Part shown: positions 11,901-24,829 of the stretch, piece after piece | How the letters are laid out: every line of letters begins with the position of its first letter | Numbering within the stretch: the first letter of the stretch is position 1 | NCBI GenBank assembly: GCA_010909165.1 | Contig: VJWM01000179.1 | Span: 62,001 to 126,000, forward strand | DNA: 64,000 nucleotides | DNA from: Anthoceros angustus | Lineage: Eukaryota; Plantae; Anthocerotophyta | Reading direction: 5' to 3' | Notes under the pieces: model-generated | Database searches by the model: none | What the model saw: the letters and a program-made list of their open reading frames with translations, nothing else | Told to the model about the DNA's origin: nothing | Position numbers and translations under genes: made by a program

Positions 11901-14900
11901 TTGGGGTCCGCCCCGCCTCTTGGGCTCCTCCTCACGCTGCTGTTTCCAAACAGGCCCCTAGGGTCCCTGTGGCCCCCGTGCCCTTCTTCCTCCGAGCCTT
12001 CCAGGTCCGTATTTGCACGGCCGAGAGGCCTCTACCTTCAGAGCTCATGCGGTAATAGGCAAGTCCGAATCCACTTGGATTGCCTTCCACGCCCGAGTAC
12101 CCGATACCCTTCGCCATAGGTGCTCGGAGCCGAGCCTGTCGCTTTTGTTGCTCCACCTCCCCGCCAGTTTGATAGCCGGGCCGCCGCAGGCTGTGGCGCC
12201 TTTGCCACCTCCCCGCAGCCGCCGCTGCTCCACCCGCTCCAACTCCTCCGCCTGCTCCGCCACTTGCCCGCCATAGCAGCTCCTTCCGACTTCCTCACCG
12301 GACCAGCTTGTCCCGCCCGCCCGCCTTTTGTCCATTCCGGCATAACTCCGCCATCTCCCCGCCTGCACGGCAACATGCCAGATCAGGGCTTCGCCTGTGC
12401 CCTTCTCCATCTCGGCGACGCCCCGCCTCCTGCTCCATCGCCAGATCGACTGTCCGCCAACAGTAGCCGCCGATTTTGCCGCTGCCACCATGTCCCCGCA
12501 GACTACCATTCCTCTCAATGATAGTTTGAGTCAGCCCAAAGTCTCCTTGCGGTCCTCCATCTCCCCGCCGCTTCCACCTGAGCCGAGTCCGAGGTCCTCC
12601 ATCTCCTTGTCGCGAACTTGGCCTGGCCGGTCCCTGCTTGCTCCGCCACCTCCCCGCCCATCTTCGCGTAGCCGGAGGCGCCTATCTCCGCCAAGTCCCG
12701 GATTCTCTCATTGAGAACTCCGCTCCGACGCTGCCTTGGAGTTGTAACCCAAGGTGTCCTTGCCGGCCCTCCAACTCCGCCGCCTCCTTCTACCTCCTCC
12801 TGCACTGGCCCGAGGTCCCCGATTTCCCAGGCCGGCCTCCAGCAGACGGCTCGTCCGTGCTTGCTCCGCCGCCACCGCTCGGCCTTCGATTGGCTGGCTC
12901 TCCACCTCCCTCCACCGGCCCGATCACGCCTGATAGTGATCGCGATCGCCTGTGGCTTCCGCCTCCTGGCCACCTTCACCGAGCCTCTCCTTGGCTCGTC
13001 CACGGGCCGCCTCCGGCCAGTCCTGCGCCTGCTCATGCGCCCGGCGCCGCTTCCTGCCACGCCTGCAGAGGTCCTCAGCCTGGGCCTCTTGGCCTCAAAT
13101 GCCGAGCCTCAGTGCCAAGGAGGCCCAAGCGCTAAATGCCGAGCTAAGAAATCAAATGCCCCATGGACTGCATGGGGACCCCAGATGGCGAGGGCCGGTC
13201 CCCGAGCTTGCGGGCTGGCCTCCCCGACTAAACCGGCGAAAATAATCCTTCCCGCCCGCCTTCTTCTTCCTGCCGCAGCATGCGAATACTATCAGATTAT
13301 CACCAAGGTGATCCACCTTGGTGGCGAGTTCAATGGACAATGATCCGGGCTACCGCCTTACTCGGTCAGCGGGTCGGATATCGACCATCCGTTGGTGGTC
13401 CTGCGTCGAGCCTCGGCGCCATTGTGTGCGGCCCTATCTTCCCTTCGCCTTGAGGGGCTCCACTCCCCTTCTTCCTCCTTTGGGCGGTTGTAGGTCGCCT
13501 CGTGACCTCCTCCAAGGTCCATCGCCTTGGTCCTCCCGTGAGGTTCTTGGACCGCACTCCTTATTGACCGTCACAAAGATTTTCCGGCGAACTCCCTACT
13601 GCAGAAAGTGACATCATCGAATGTCCGCATCTATCCGAACACATCCAAATGCCACTCCGCACCAATTCTCCCCGCTCGGAGCCAGGCCCAAAGTCCGGAT
13701 AGCCGAGTCACAATGTTGCGCCACAAGGTTCCATGGCTCCCAAACTTCCGCAGCTTTTGGGTGCCATCGCCTTCTCCTTCCTTGCCGTTGTCAGCCGCTT
13801 GTCTGAGACCGCCGCACGCTGCGCCGCTGCTCACGCTCCAACCTCAACGGTGAGCCGCCAAGACGCTCCGAAAGTGTCCAACGAGATACCGCCAGAGGAT
13901 CATGAGCGCAGAGATCGTAGAATTGTCTCGAGGCCGCGCAACGAAATGACCTTCCCTTCGCCGCCGCCCTTCGAGTAACCGGCGAGGGCGCTCTTCCGGT
14001 CCGTAATCGCTGTGAGGTCCGCATGGCTTATTTCGACCTTACGCCCGCTTACCGCCTACGCCGCTGCATCACTGTTTTAAGCCAGCCAGATGCAGCCCGT
14101 GAATACCGCTATAACGGCCTCGCAAGGTTACGGTCCCTGCCAACAGATGCCCGCTCTCCACCTGTGGTCGCCACGTGGCCCGCCTCGTCCGGCCCCTACC
14201 AACCTTGTTACTTTCGATTTATCCCGCCTGGGTCCTCGGAGTGGGTCCGGACTTATCCTGCTACCTCGCGCTCGCCATAGTAGGTCGGATACGCCTCACT
14301 CCGGTCCTGAGTATACCCGAGTGTCCGAGTGCTATCCATGCTTATTTCCTTTTTCGCTCATTTTATCCTTCGCCTCCTAAAAACAAAACCCCTCGCTATT
14401 TCCTAGCCCCAAGGGAAGTCCGTAGTCCACACCTTACCTTCTTCGTCACCAACAGAGCTGAGACGCCGATGTCGCGCTCAGATCCGCGATCACGCCTGTG
14501 AGAGCTCCCTGTTGGGCTTGATTGCCTCTTGAGCTACAGCCTGTTTCCTTATGCCTTTTCATCTCTCGCTGGCTGTTCTCCACTTCAGAATCGAGTTCGG
14601 AGACCTCCATCTCCTTGTTGGCTGGCCTCCTTCTCCTCTACCTGGCCGACTCGAGCCTCTGCTTCCATCGCCTCCTGTTCCACCTTCAGTCAGCTGCAAG
14701 TGGTCCCTGGGCTGCCCCTCCACCCTGCCTGGATCCCTCCAGAGTTTATCACGTCGATTTTAGCCACAAGCTTCCGCCTCACAAGGCCGGCCACCCGAGC
14801 CTTCGGGTTTGGTTGTTGTTCCCCAGTCACCAGCCTGTGTCTCGAGCTCTGCCTCCGCCTCGCCCACGGCCTGGGCCTCAAGGCTGGCCCCTCATTACCA

Positions 14901-17275
14901 GAGGTCCCTCTCAGGCGCTTGGCTCTCCTCAGGCTCCGCCCAGCTCAGGTTTCACCGAAGGAACTCTGGTCCTATTCTCACCAATGGACCAGACCTCCTG
15001 TTTCGCCTCCCGGCTTCCTCCTCGGCGAGAGGATTCCGCCTTCTTCTTTGCCTCCCCTGGCCCATCTCGGCCTCCTTCAGGGAGGAGCACCATGCGCCTC
15101 CTGTTGCCTCCACCGGCCCGGGTCTCTGCCCCATAGAGACCCAGAGCATCACTGGCCCATGACGTGGCCAAAACCCCGCCGTGTTTCTTCCAGGCTTAAC
15201 GGTGAGGCACTCAAGAAGTCCGCTGTGGTGGCATCTCCGTCCGCCTAAGGATCACGCCATATCGCAGCCTCGAGCGAGTCCTGACCGGGTTCTCCTCGAA
15301 TCCCATCAGACCCCTCGTGTCCTGAAAGGCTGTGGTCCCGAGCCTCACCTTCCTTGGCCCTCTTGGCCGCTTAACTCCTTCTCCGCCTTCCTCTCCTGGG
15401 CTCGAGGGTGGTGAGGGGTTCGAGCCAGCGTGTTTCCTCTCCCGTCCGAGACAAGACAGCTCGGATGCCGCTGGCCCCGCCTGGGCGCTTCCTCTTCGCC
15501 CGCCATCGCTTCCTCTCTGCACTCCGCGGTAGGGATAGAGGCACCGGTGCGCCTGGGTGCTTCGCCGGTGGGAGCCACCGCCTTCTTGACTTGGCTCGCT
15601 TCTGGCCCCGGCTGTGGCTCACTGGCCGTTGGTCAGGGCGTGGTTGTCAGTCAAAAGGCCGCCAAGCCCCTTCCTGTGGTGCATTACCTACGGCACAATT
15701 GGCCTCCGCTGAAACTGTATGGAGTGGGAGGCGGGATATCCTCCTATACCTGTGGCTAAGCGTAGGGTGTCCGTTTAGTCGAATGGAGGTCCGGAATCCC
15801 TCCTAATCATCTTCCTCCCGGCCCATTTGGCCTTGGGGGTCGGGCTCACTTCCTGCACCTTCACCCCTTCCCCGGCCCGCCTCCGTAGAGCCGCCAGTCT
15901 CTTCCCGTGAGCGCCGCCTCCTCTCCTCCTTCAAGAGGTTAAGGTGCCCTGGCCACACGGATAAGGAAGGGGACAATGCCGACGGAAGGCGCTCGTAGCT
16001 TAGCTTCCCGGCTTCCGATCGATCCGAGCGAGGATGATTCTCGGCCTCAATCGGCCCGCTGTCTCACCGTAGGCGCACATTGTGAACACTAACAGATTAT
16101 CACCAAGGTGATCCACCTGGTGAAAGCATAGCTCAATGTGGACAACACCTTAGCTACACGGCCTCAGACCTACTTATCCAACAGTCCGATATCGCACATC
16201 AGCCATTGACGCATCATTGGGTCCCTGCCTCAAAGATCGCTACTTCGCCGCCTCCACCTTTCCTCCTCACCTTGAGGGCCTGGGATCACACTCTAATTCC
16301 TCCACCGGCATAGTGACATCGCTCAGACCTCAACGGTCCACCTCCCGGGTTCCTCCCTTAGGCTCTTGGGCGTATCTTATTGGCCTGCCCGGTCTTCTGG
16401 TGTATTCCACGACGAGCGTGGTTGTCAAATATCCAAACCGCTCTGAAGATGTCGAGGTGCCACTTCTTACTAGGTCCTCTCGCCTCCGCCAACCAGGTCC
16501 GGCCCGGATATCCTCGGCGACAATGTTGCGCCTCCACCAGCGCCAGTGGCCACACCTCCGCCTTCTTGGTCCCATCGCCCTTCTTTTGCTCAGAGCGACA
16601 GGACATCGGGTCATGCGCCTCTTCTCCGCTCGCCGCCAACCACGGGTGAGCCGCGCTGAAGGTGCCCGGGCGCTCAAGAGATAGCGCCAGAGGGCGGGTA
16701 TGGAGCGCGAGACCGTAAAATCGTAGGTCGCAAAGAGAAATGGTCTACCCCTCAGCCGCGACGTTGGGAGTAGTCGCGGAGGAGGGTGCCCTTTGCCGCG
16801 TAATCGCCGAGGTCTTACGGCCTACTCCCCGCTTTACGCCCCGCTCACGCTCGACGATTCTAACCTTTACGCCGAACTGCACTTTTGAGCGTGAATACCG
16901 CCTATAACGGCCACTTGGCAACCCCGCGTCTCGTCCGCCGCATGCCCGTCCTCCTCTGCACTCGCCCACGTGGCCTTGTTGTCTGGCAAAACACGCTCCA
17001 ACTCCTAAGTTACTTTACTTGGCGTGATTTATCCCATCCCGCCCGGGAGTGGGGTCCGGACTTCTCCCGATCTCCGGCGTGGGTCCGAGATCCTCGAGGT
17101 GTGTTCCGAAGTCCTTCCACCTACTCCGGAGTCCCTACTCCGGAGTGCAGTCCGGAGTACAGTCCGGAGTAGCCCGGGCTTATTTCTCCCTATCCGCCTT
17201 ATTTTACACTCCATACCTACGACAAAAAGCAAACCCAACTTATTTCCTACCCCTGGGGAGAGTCCGTGGTCCACA
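8942..17275 (-). mobile_element. LTR-like unit A (8942-10813 plus 14432-17275), GC-rich, degenerate coiled-coil ORF, no pol
   Basis: Right end GTCCGTGGTCCACA and left end TGT...TTCTC..CTCAC. Collinear with unit B along most of its length. Minus-strand TATA-like GTATAAAAGGG at ~9475. TCCGGAGTA-like short repeats at 17120-17175. Confidence 0.6.
10814..14431 (-). mobile_element. LTR-like unit B (~3.6 kb) nested in related unit A
   Basis: Ends TGTG...CCACA. Homology blocks 10830-12520 vs 8960-10800 and 13290-14431 vs 16090-17275. Shared peptides EHLWRR, WHLD(V/I)F and VDHLGDNL. Confidence 0.62.
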
Positions 17276-20200
17276 CATGTTATATGGTGCCCTTGCCAAG
17301 TTTGTAAGAAACGGAAACGTGTTCCCCGCGATGTTGAATAGACCATCGCCTGCCGACTACCCGCCGCTGGCACGTGAGGATCCTGCAAGTCGGGAGGGCA
17401 CCCCACCCCCTTTCCATATCCTTGAGGACCATGACGCCATCCAACTTGGTGTGGATGTCAATGTCGATGCCAATGTGCATGACGCGATGCCGACGACTCG
17501 AACGTGAACATGCGGAGGCATCCGAGTAATCCGCCATTTGCGAGTGATTTCTCAATGACGACTGTGACAATGATGACTCATCTCCGGCCGTGGAGGGAGA
17601 AGATTCCTTTTTTGCAAGCGTGGAAGGTGATAAGCCCGGGTCCATGGAGAAGATTGTTCAAGCAGCGGAAACGCCATTGTTTCCTGGGGCAAAACTCAGT
17701 ATCTTGTCCGCCACCATGCTACCGCTTGACATCCGTGCGGCATCACCATGCGCATGAACGCCATCATACAAGCCGCATCAATCTATATTGTGATGGAAAT
17801 ACCATGCCCGGAAGGATCAAGCTCCATCATGGCTTCTCTAAGCCTAGGTTCACAACAAGATCGACGCAGCCCCAAGGGCTGCATGCTATAGGGGCCAGCA
17901 TGAACCGATAAAAGTGTTGGAAATGTGGGTTGAAAAGATTCAAGAAGGGCACCATGAAGAAAAATTCGGGCGGAAAAAGTGATGTGGTATTTATCACAGA
18001 AGCGCTGCCGGATGTATATGGTGCCTTTGCTCTCCCGTGAATGTGTGGCTCACCAGTCTCTCAGGAGTAACAAAGGCAAAATGAGCATAATGGCAGACAC
18101 GCCCGCTTGGGCTGCTCTGGATGCGATTGACGGCTTTGGAGCTGAAGACCGCAACCTTCAATTTGGGCTCTCCACTGATGGAGTCAACCCTTTTGGGCAT
18201 AAACATTCCACTTATAGCGTATGGCCGGTACTGCTCGTGAACTACAATGTTCCGCCGTGGAAGACCATCTGCAAGGATTACATCATCACATGCGTTATTA
18301 TACCCGGCCCGCATAAGGCTGAAAACCTTGATGTCTTTTTACAGCCATTGTACGAGGACCTTCAACGGCTTTGGATCGGAGTGGATGCCATCGATGCATC
18401 ATACCCAATTGGGCATCCAATGAGAGCAAGCTCGAGTCAGTCAACACCATCACCGATTACCCTGCATGGGGTGCTTGTGTGGGCTTCAAACATCGTACAT
18501 GGCATGCCATATGTGTTGGAAGCACTTGGATGCAAGGTACTCCCCACATCTGAACAAGGTGGTAAGGCGAGCGAAGTTTCTACCGAGGACCATCCATTGA
18601 GAAGCGACGTACATCTTTCAATGGTGCCATTGAAAACACGGCGCCGCTCCGCCTGCTCCGGGTTCAGTCGTCCGAGATGGAGAGGTGGGCCACCGATGAA
18701 CGGGAGCGTGAACGCCGGTGGAACGTGACAAAGAAGTGGATGGCGATTTACTTTGCGATAAACATTGTATTACTGCTTTTTTTTTGCTTTTGTATTTCCA
18801 TCGCTTACAATGATGAAATTTACTCCTCATGGAGATGCGCTGAATTTGCTCCCTGACCTAAAGGATGGTATGCACACCCTCAAAACGTGGTTGTCTCATT
18901 ATATGGCTTCTTGACGGGCTCAAGGATGACTTGGCATGTAGGAGGGACATGGCGGATCCAGGGTGTGCACCAAAGCCCATTTATGGTCTGATGAAACGTG
19001 GATGCCACATTTGAAAGTGCTGAGTATGTCATCCCGGCTTTGGCCATGCCAATAGTCCATGACCAGTTGCGGAAGATCCGGCCACCTACAGGGTTCTCAA
19101 CTCACATAGGGCGGAAGTTAACACAAGGCAAATTATCTGGCTTGAAAACACATGACTGGAAGAAGGTGTTAGAATACTACCTGCCAATAGTGTTGCGTGG
19201 TGCATTGCCAAGAGAAGTCTATGACCCCATCGCAGGGCTTGCTTGGTTGTTCCGCTGGCTGGGGAGGCGGGAGATTGAAAGGCGGGAAATCGAGCCAATG
19301 CGTATGCTGGCTCATGAAACGATGGCACAATTAGAAAGAGTTATGCCTCCCAAGTTCTTTGACATCCAAGTACATATGGTGGTGCACCTAGTGGATGAAG
19401 TGGCGACACATGGGGCATCCACTGTCCGTTGGATGTATTTCATAAAACGGTATATGAAAGTTTTAAAAGATATGGCGAAACATGGCTCATCCAAGGCATG
19501 CATGGTCGAGGGTTATTGCATGGGGAGGCCATGTTTTATTGCGTATAATATTTGGCGGAGATACACGATGCGGGACATACCGCGGCCAAACGAGAGCCTA
19601 ATTTGCGGAGGAGGATATGTAGAATCGGAAACCGGAGGATAAGGAGATGACCGCAGAGGCCCACTCGAGGTGCACTTGATATTTTAAGACACAGCCCTCC
19701 GCCTATTCCTTGAGGAGTACCAGACGTATGGGGTCCGGAAGCCATCGCTTCATTGGCTGGAAGTGTGGCGAGGCACCTGGGCCCGGGGAGATGAACAAAA
19801 CGCTGACGGTGGGCTTGTCCTCACACCGTAAATTGAGGACCTCATTCGGGGCCCGAGCATGACTCCAAGAGCTATCGCACTACGCGGCCTATGGATACCA
19901 TTACCGATCGAAAAAGGAGATAAACACATGAAGGCAACCCAGATAAAGGGGTCATTCAATGTGGAAGGTTGAACAGTTAAGTAGAGCAACCATTCGTGGA
20001 GAATTCAACAAATATCGCAACTCCAAAGGCGGCAAATATGCCCATTTGTGTTCAAGGTGAAGTGGTACCAATGCGAAGAATGTCCATGCGAGATGATGTT
20101 TCCTGTTCCTTTTGGTGGACACTAGAAGGAATATGGAGTACAATGGATGGAGACGAGGGAAGGGTCCGCATATATATTCCTGTGTCAAGTCACACAAGCA

Positions 20201-20280
20201 TTATTTCATCCTCGTGACCTCCCCTTCACAAGATGGATGGAGGTTCATGAGTGCCCTATCAGTGTCCAAACATTATCCGT
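17276..20280 (+). pseudogene. CACTA TnpD/Tnp2 transposase, frameshifted (inner element)
   Basis: HVIWCPCQVC (transposase-associated domain); ADTPAW...RNLQFGLSTDGVNPFG...YSVWPV...YNVPPW...IIPGP...LDVFLQPL (Transposase_21); LSGLKTHDW and FFDIQVHMVVHLVDEV...RWMYFIKRYMK (DUF4218); FKVKWY at ~20050 (DUF4216). Confidence 0.95.
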
Positions 20281-20739
20281 GATTCTGCATAGGAACATGA
20301 AAATGTTAGACCCAAGTACCTGCCACGCGTCCATATGGACATCACATCATCCCGCGTAGGCACCTGCCAAGGACCTTCCGCATGCCCCGGGGTGGATGCC
20401 ATCCGTGCGCCTGCCTCGGTCGCAACTACTCACGCCTCCCGGCCGGTCACGGGAGGGATTTTTGACTAGAGGAATGGGCGGGTTGACCCCAACCCTGTAT
20501 AAAGTTGCGCCAACGCCTGGCCATCCCTAAGAGCAGGCACATGGATTGGACGGTGAGGAGGAAGGAGATGGAGACGTTGCTGTTGTGCCTCATTTTCTAC
20601 ATTAGCGAATGGGAATGTTTTTGACGACCACGATGATGACCGGAACTGGAAAAACTACTCCTGCCCCATCCGTAGACACCATCCCGTGCCGAGTAGAGCG
20701 TGATTCCTTTCCAATGAGAGCCTCGACGAGATACAAGTC

Positions 20740-23700
20740 TCCCTGAATCAAATGTCACAACAACAAAAGCTAAGTCACCCACAATCTTAGCTGTTTGTCT
20801 TTCATCTGTCCATTCTCAAGTAGAAACTTGGTTTTTAGATTCTGGAGCCACTAGTCATATTTGTTTTCACAGACACTTATTTAAAACTTTCTCACCCACA
20901 TATGATGCCAATCAGTTTGTGCTTTTGGGTGATGATAGTGGGCTTTCCATCAAAGGCTTGGGCTCAGTGGTCATACAGCTCCCAGACGAGTCTTCACTTA
21001 TACTTTCTGGCGTTTTATTTGTCCCTTCTATGACCAAAAATTTGATGTCAGTGATTAAGTTGTCACAAGAACACTCTTGCCGAGTCTGCTTTGATCAACC
21101 TCCGTGTTAGAGCTTTTGCATGCTGACATCTCAGGAAAAATACAAACACCTTCACTTGGAGGGGCTTTGTATTACCTGACTTTGACAGATGATTACAGTC
21201 CCCATGCGCCTGAAGAGCGATACCTTCGGCTGCTTCAGGGACTGGCTGCCAACAGTTCAACGTCAGTCTGGTAGCCTGCTCAAAACCTTGCGCAGTGATA
21301 ATGGGATGGAGTTTGTTAATCATGCGTTTGATGAGTACTTATCTAAGCAGGGCATTCAGAGACAGCTGATTGTGCCGTATACTCAGCAGCAAAATGGCGT
21401 AGCTGAACGCAAAAACCAAACCTTGCTGGGTATGACGAGGAGTATGTTGCTTTGGGCTGGCCTACCTCAAGAATATTGGGCAGAGGCCGTAGTCACAGCC
21501 ACATACATATTGAATAGGGTTTTGACTAGCTCTGTGAAGGGGCGGACTCCTTTTGAGGTATTATGGCGTCGTAAGCCCAGCCTACTTCACCTGCGTGTGT
21601 TCGGTTCTAAGGCCTTTGCCTATATCCCTACGGAGAAGAGGAAAAAGTTAGATAACCGTGCCCACAGTCTCCTCTTTGTTGGCTACAGTGAGCATGTCAA
21701 AGCTTATAAGTTGTATGATCCGTATCACAGACAGTGACCTTAGCACGAAGTGTCACCTTTGTTGAATCATACACTGCTTCTACACATGCTCCTGTCATGT
21801 TTGAGAACTCAGAGGGAGACACTCCGGACGAGGAATCAGACACAGTTACCTTCCCTTTGGATGACACTGAAAAACCAGCAGATGATGATCTGGAGGACCC
21901 CAATCCTCCAACTGCCCTCGACAATACCAAGATACGATTAGCCTGTGAACCCACGCCTCGATCATGCGACACCATGGACGATATGCCAAGGAGGACATGG
22001 TCCTGGATTTATCTGATGCTGGTGATGCAGTACACCTTGACGAGTTGGCAGATTCTGACCATGACCACGGTATCTGCTCGTGGTCTTACACCGTACATGC
22101 GGTGCCGATCCCGATGCTGTCCTTAGACGCTCTACACGGCATGTGCTCCAAAGACAAGGAGTGAGCCACGCTACTCTGTTGATTTCGTGACATCCTCCTA
22201 CTGCTTTTTGCCGCCATTGACATCCTTCTCAAGAACCTAGCTCCTACAAGCAAGCTCTGGCTGGCCCTGATGCTTCCAAGTGGCAACTCGCAATGGAGGA
22301 CGAGTACCAGTCTTTGCTCAAAAACAAGACCTGGAAACTTATCGATTTGCCTCCTGGACGCAAGGCCATCTCCTGCAAATGGGTTTTTAAATTAAAACTA
22401 AATGCACACGGAGACATTGCAAGATATAAAGCCAGGCTTGTAGCTAGAGGATTTACTCAGGTAGAGGGGTTGGACTACCAGGAGACTTTCTCCCCAGTCG
22501 TTGGAGCCCAGTCCATTCGAATCCTACTTGCTCTTGCAGCAGAGTTAGATATGGACTTACAACAGATGGATGTATGTACCGCCTTCTTGTATGGTGACCT
22601 AGATGAGGACCTGTACATGATGCAGCCAGAGGGTTATGAAGACCCAAAGAACCCCACCCAAGTCCTAAAGTTGCTCAAATGTATATATGGATTGAAGCAG
22701 AGTGGCAGGGTATGGTATATTACCATGCATATTTATCTTCTGAGTATCTCCTTCATCCAGAGCACTGCAGACTCGAATGTGTATAGACTGAACAGAGGCA
22801 GTGACTTCGTTGTACTGGCCTTATACGTGGACGACGTAATCCTCGCCACAAACAGCCAGCTCTTGTTAGCGGAAGTCAAGCTGATGCTAAGCACAAAATT
22901 CGAGATGAAGGACATCGGTGAGCTCAAATACTGCCTTGGGGTTCAAATCCTAAGGGTATGAGACGAAGGACTGATCATTGCGCATCAGCACAAATACATC
23001 AATGATATCCTGCGAAAATTTAAGTTGGATGAGGCTAGGCCTGCTATAACCCCCTATGCTACGGGAGCAAAACTTACCAGTTTGCAATGTCCCCAGTCTG
23101 ATGCTGAGATCAGGGACATGAAGGATGTGCTACAGCATCTTGTAGCGGCTGATTTCGTGGGGACGGGCGACGATGTGAGCCGTCTCTCAATTCCACACAG
23201 GCGGCGGGCCTAATTAACGCATCTTTAGGTACCTTAAGGGTACCCACACACACGGTCTATTTTACAGGAGGAGTGGGCAAGGGAAACTTACACTTGCTGG
23301 GTACACCGATGCCGACTGGGCTTCGGACAGTGATTCCAGAAGAAGCTTATCTACATATTGTTTCTTGCTTGCCTCTGCCACCGTGAAATGGTCATGTAAA
23401 AAATAGACTTCCATAGCCCTGTCATCCACAGAAGCAGAGTACAGGTCACTCACAGACGCTTCAAAGGAGGCAGAATGGGAGAGAAGCTTCTTACATGATC
23501 TGGACCAGTCCCAGCAGGCACCTACCCCAATTTTGTGTGACAATATGTCGGCACTGGCCCTTGTTGCGAATCCCAGGTTTCACGCCCGCACTAAGCACAT
23601 CGAGATCCAGCATCATTATATTAGAGATGTGGTGGAGCGTGGGGCTATTAAGGTTGGCTACATATGCACAGACGACAACGTTGCAGATGTGTTAACAAAG

Positions 23701-24829
23701 GGGCTGGTGAAGCATAAACACTACAAGCACATGTCAGGTTTAGGCCTGGATGACTACTCAAGATACTTGGTCAGCTAGTGGCTTATATGTGGGAGGTGGG
23801 GCGGGAACCCGAAGGTTCCCTAGGTGTTGTTGAGTTGTGTCTATGGTTCCCGTGAACCAGGATAAGCCACACAAGCCCACACGTTAGGTCACCGTGTGTT
23901 AGTACTTAGGGAGAGGAGGAGTAAACGCTGCTGCGCAAGAAGGATGAAGCTTACCTTAGTATCTAATCTTCTTGCAGTACAGTACCCTCTACACAGACGG
24001 CTTCACATCCTGCCAATCGTCATTAGGAGATGGCCTCCTTCCAGCTGCAATTATATCCTCCAGCTCCTTGATCCTGTCTGTTGCCAATCGGAGCTGGGCG
24101 AGTAGGGCAAAGCCGCTCGAGAAACGGAGTCTCTGGGTTCAGTCCTCTTGGAACTCGAGGCCGAGAGGCCAGATTTCTGGGAAGCATTCACGAGTCGTGC
24201 GCCTCCTCGATGATCCGCACCTCACCCATGGCAGTGTACCCCGGACTTCTTCTACAGCTCTGGGCTGCCTTCTGCGCCTCTCAACCCTTGGTAGCTCAGT
24301 AAGGATCTTCCCGCTGCGCGTCTGCATCTCTTCCAAGTGGTGGCTGGCGTGACAGCTGATTATGATGGCGGCAAGGAAGTTGATAGCGATGGTGGCGGCC
24401 GCAAAGCCCAGCGTAAGATAGAAAGTTGTTTGTCAAGCGCTGGGGTTTAAGCGTAACCGCCACCCCGTCGAAAGTTGAGGGATCCCGTTCCGTGACAATG
24501 GTGCGCGGGAAACTCTATATGGCCGTCTGCTATACCTACCTTAGACCTAGTGTTGCTTGAGAGGGAGTGTTGGAAGTAAAGCCAACGTCTAGTCTAAGTG
24601 ACATTAGGGTTTTTGGTCATAAGCCCGAGAGAAGCGTCACATTAGGGTTTCGTATATAGGTAAGACACATCAACGATTTTGTACACAATTCATTTTTGCT
24701 TTTCTATTGCAAAGTTTAGTTGAGCCAAATTGCTCTCACTTTACACCTATCTCCTTTTAGTCAAGTCACCTTTTGTGACCTCGACTTAGTAAAGCCTTTT
24801 CTAAGCCATATACGGATCTCCACTCAACA
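20740..24829 (+). mobile_element. Ty1/copia retrotransposon 1, 5'-truncated (PR-INT-RT-RH plus 3' LTR)
   Basis: WFLDSGATSHI protease (~20830); LRSDNGMEF...QQNGVAERKN integrase; CKWVFK...YKARLVARGF, QMDVCTAFL, YGLKQSGR and LYVDD in RT; YTDADWA, CDNMSA and HARTKHIE in RNase H, ending 23778. Confidence 0.95.
24568..24829 (+). repeat. Copia LTR (262 bp) preceded by a polypurine tract
   Basis: GAGAGGGAG PPT immediately followed by TGTTG...CAACA; internal TATATA at ~24653. Confidence 0.85.

Noticed and set aside
10200-15800. Many plus-strand P/S/L-rich ORFs
   Set aside because: They are complements of E/R/G-rich minus-strand coding remnants in GC-rich sequence and contain no domains.
8942-17275. 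DIRS/Ngaro or Penelope-type element suggested by the split repeats
   Set aside because: No tyrosine recombinase, RT or GIY-YIG motifs are visible; nesting of related units explains the repeat pattern.
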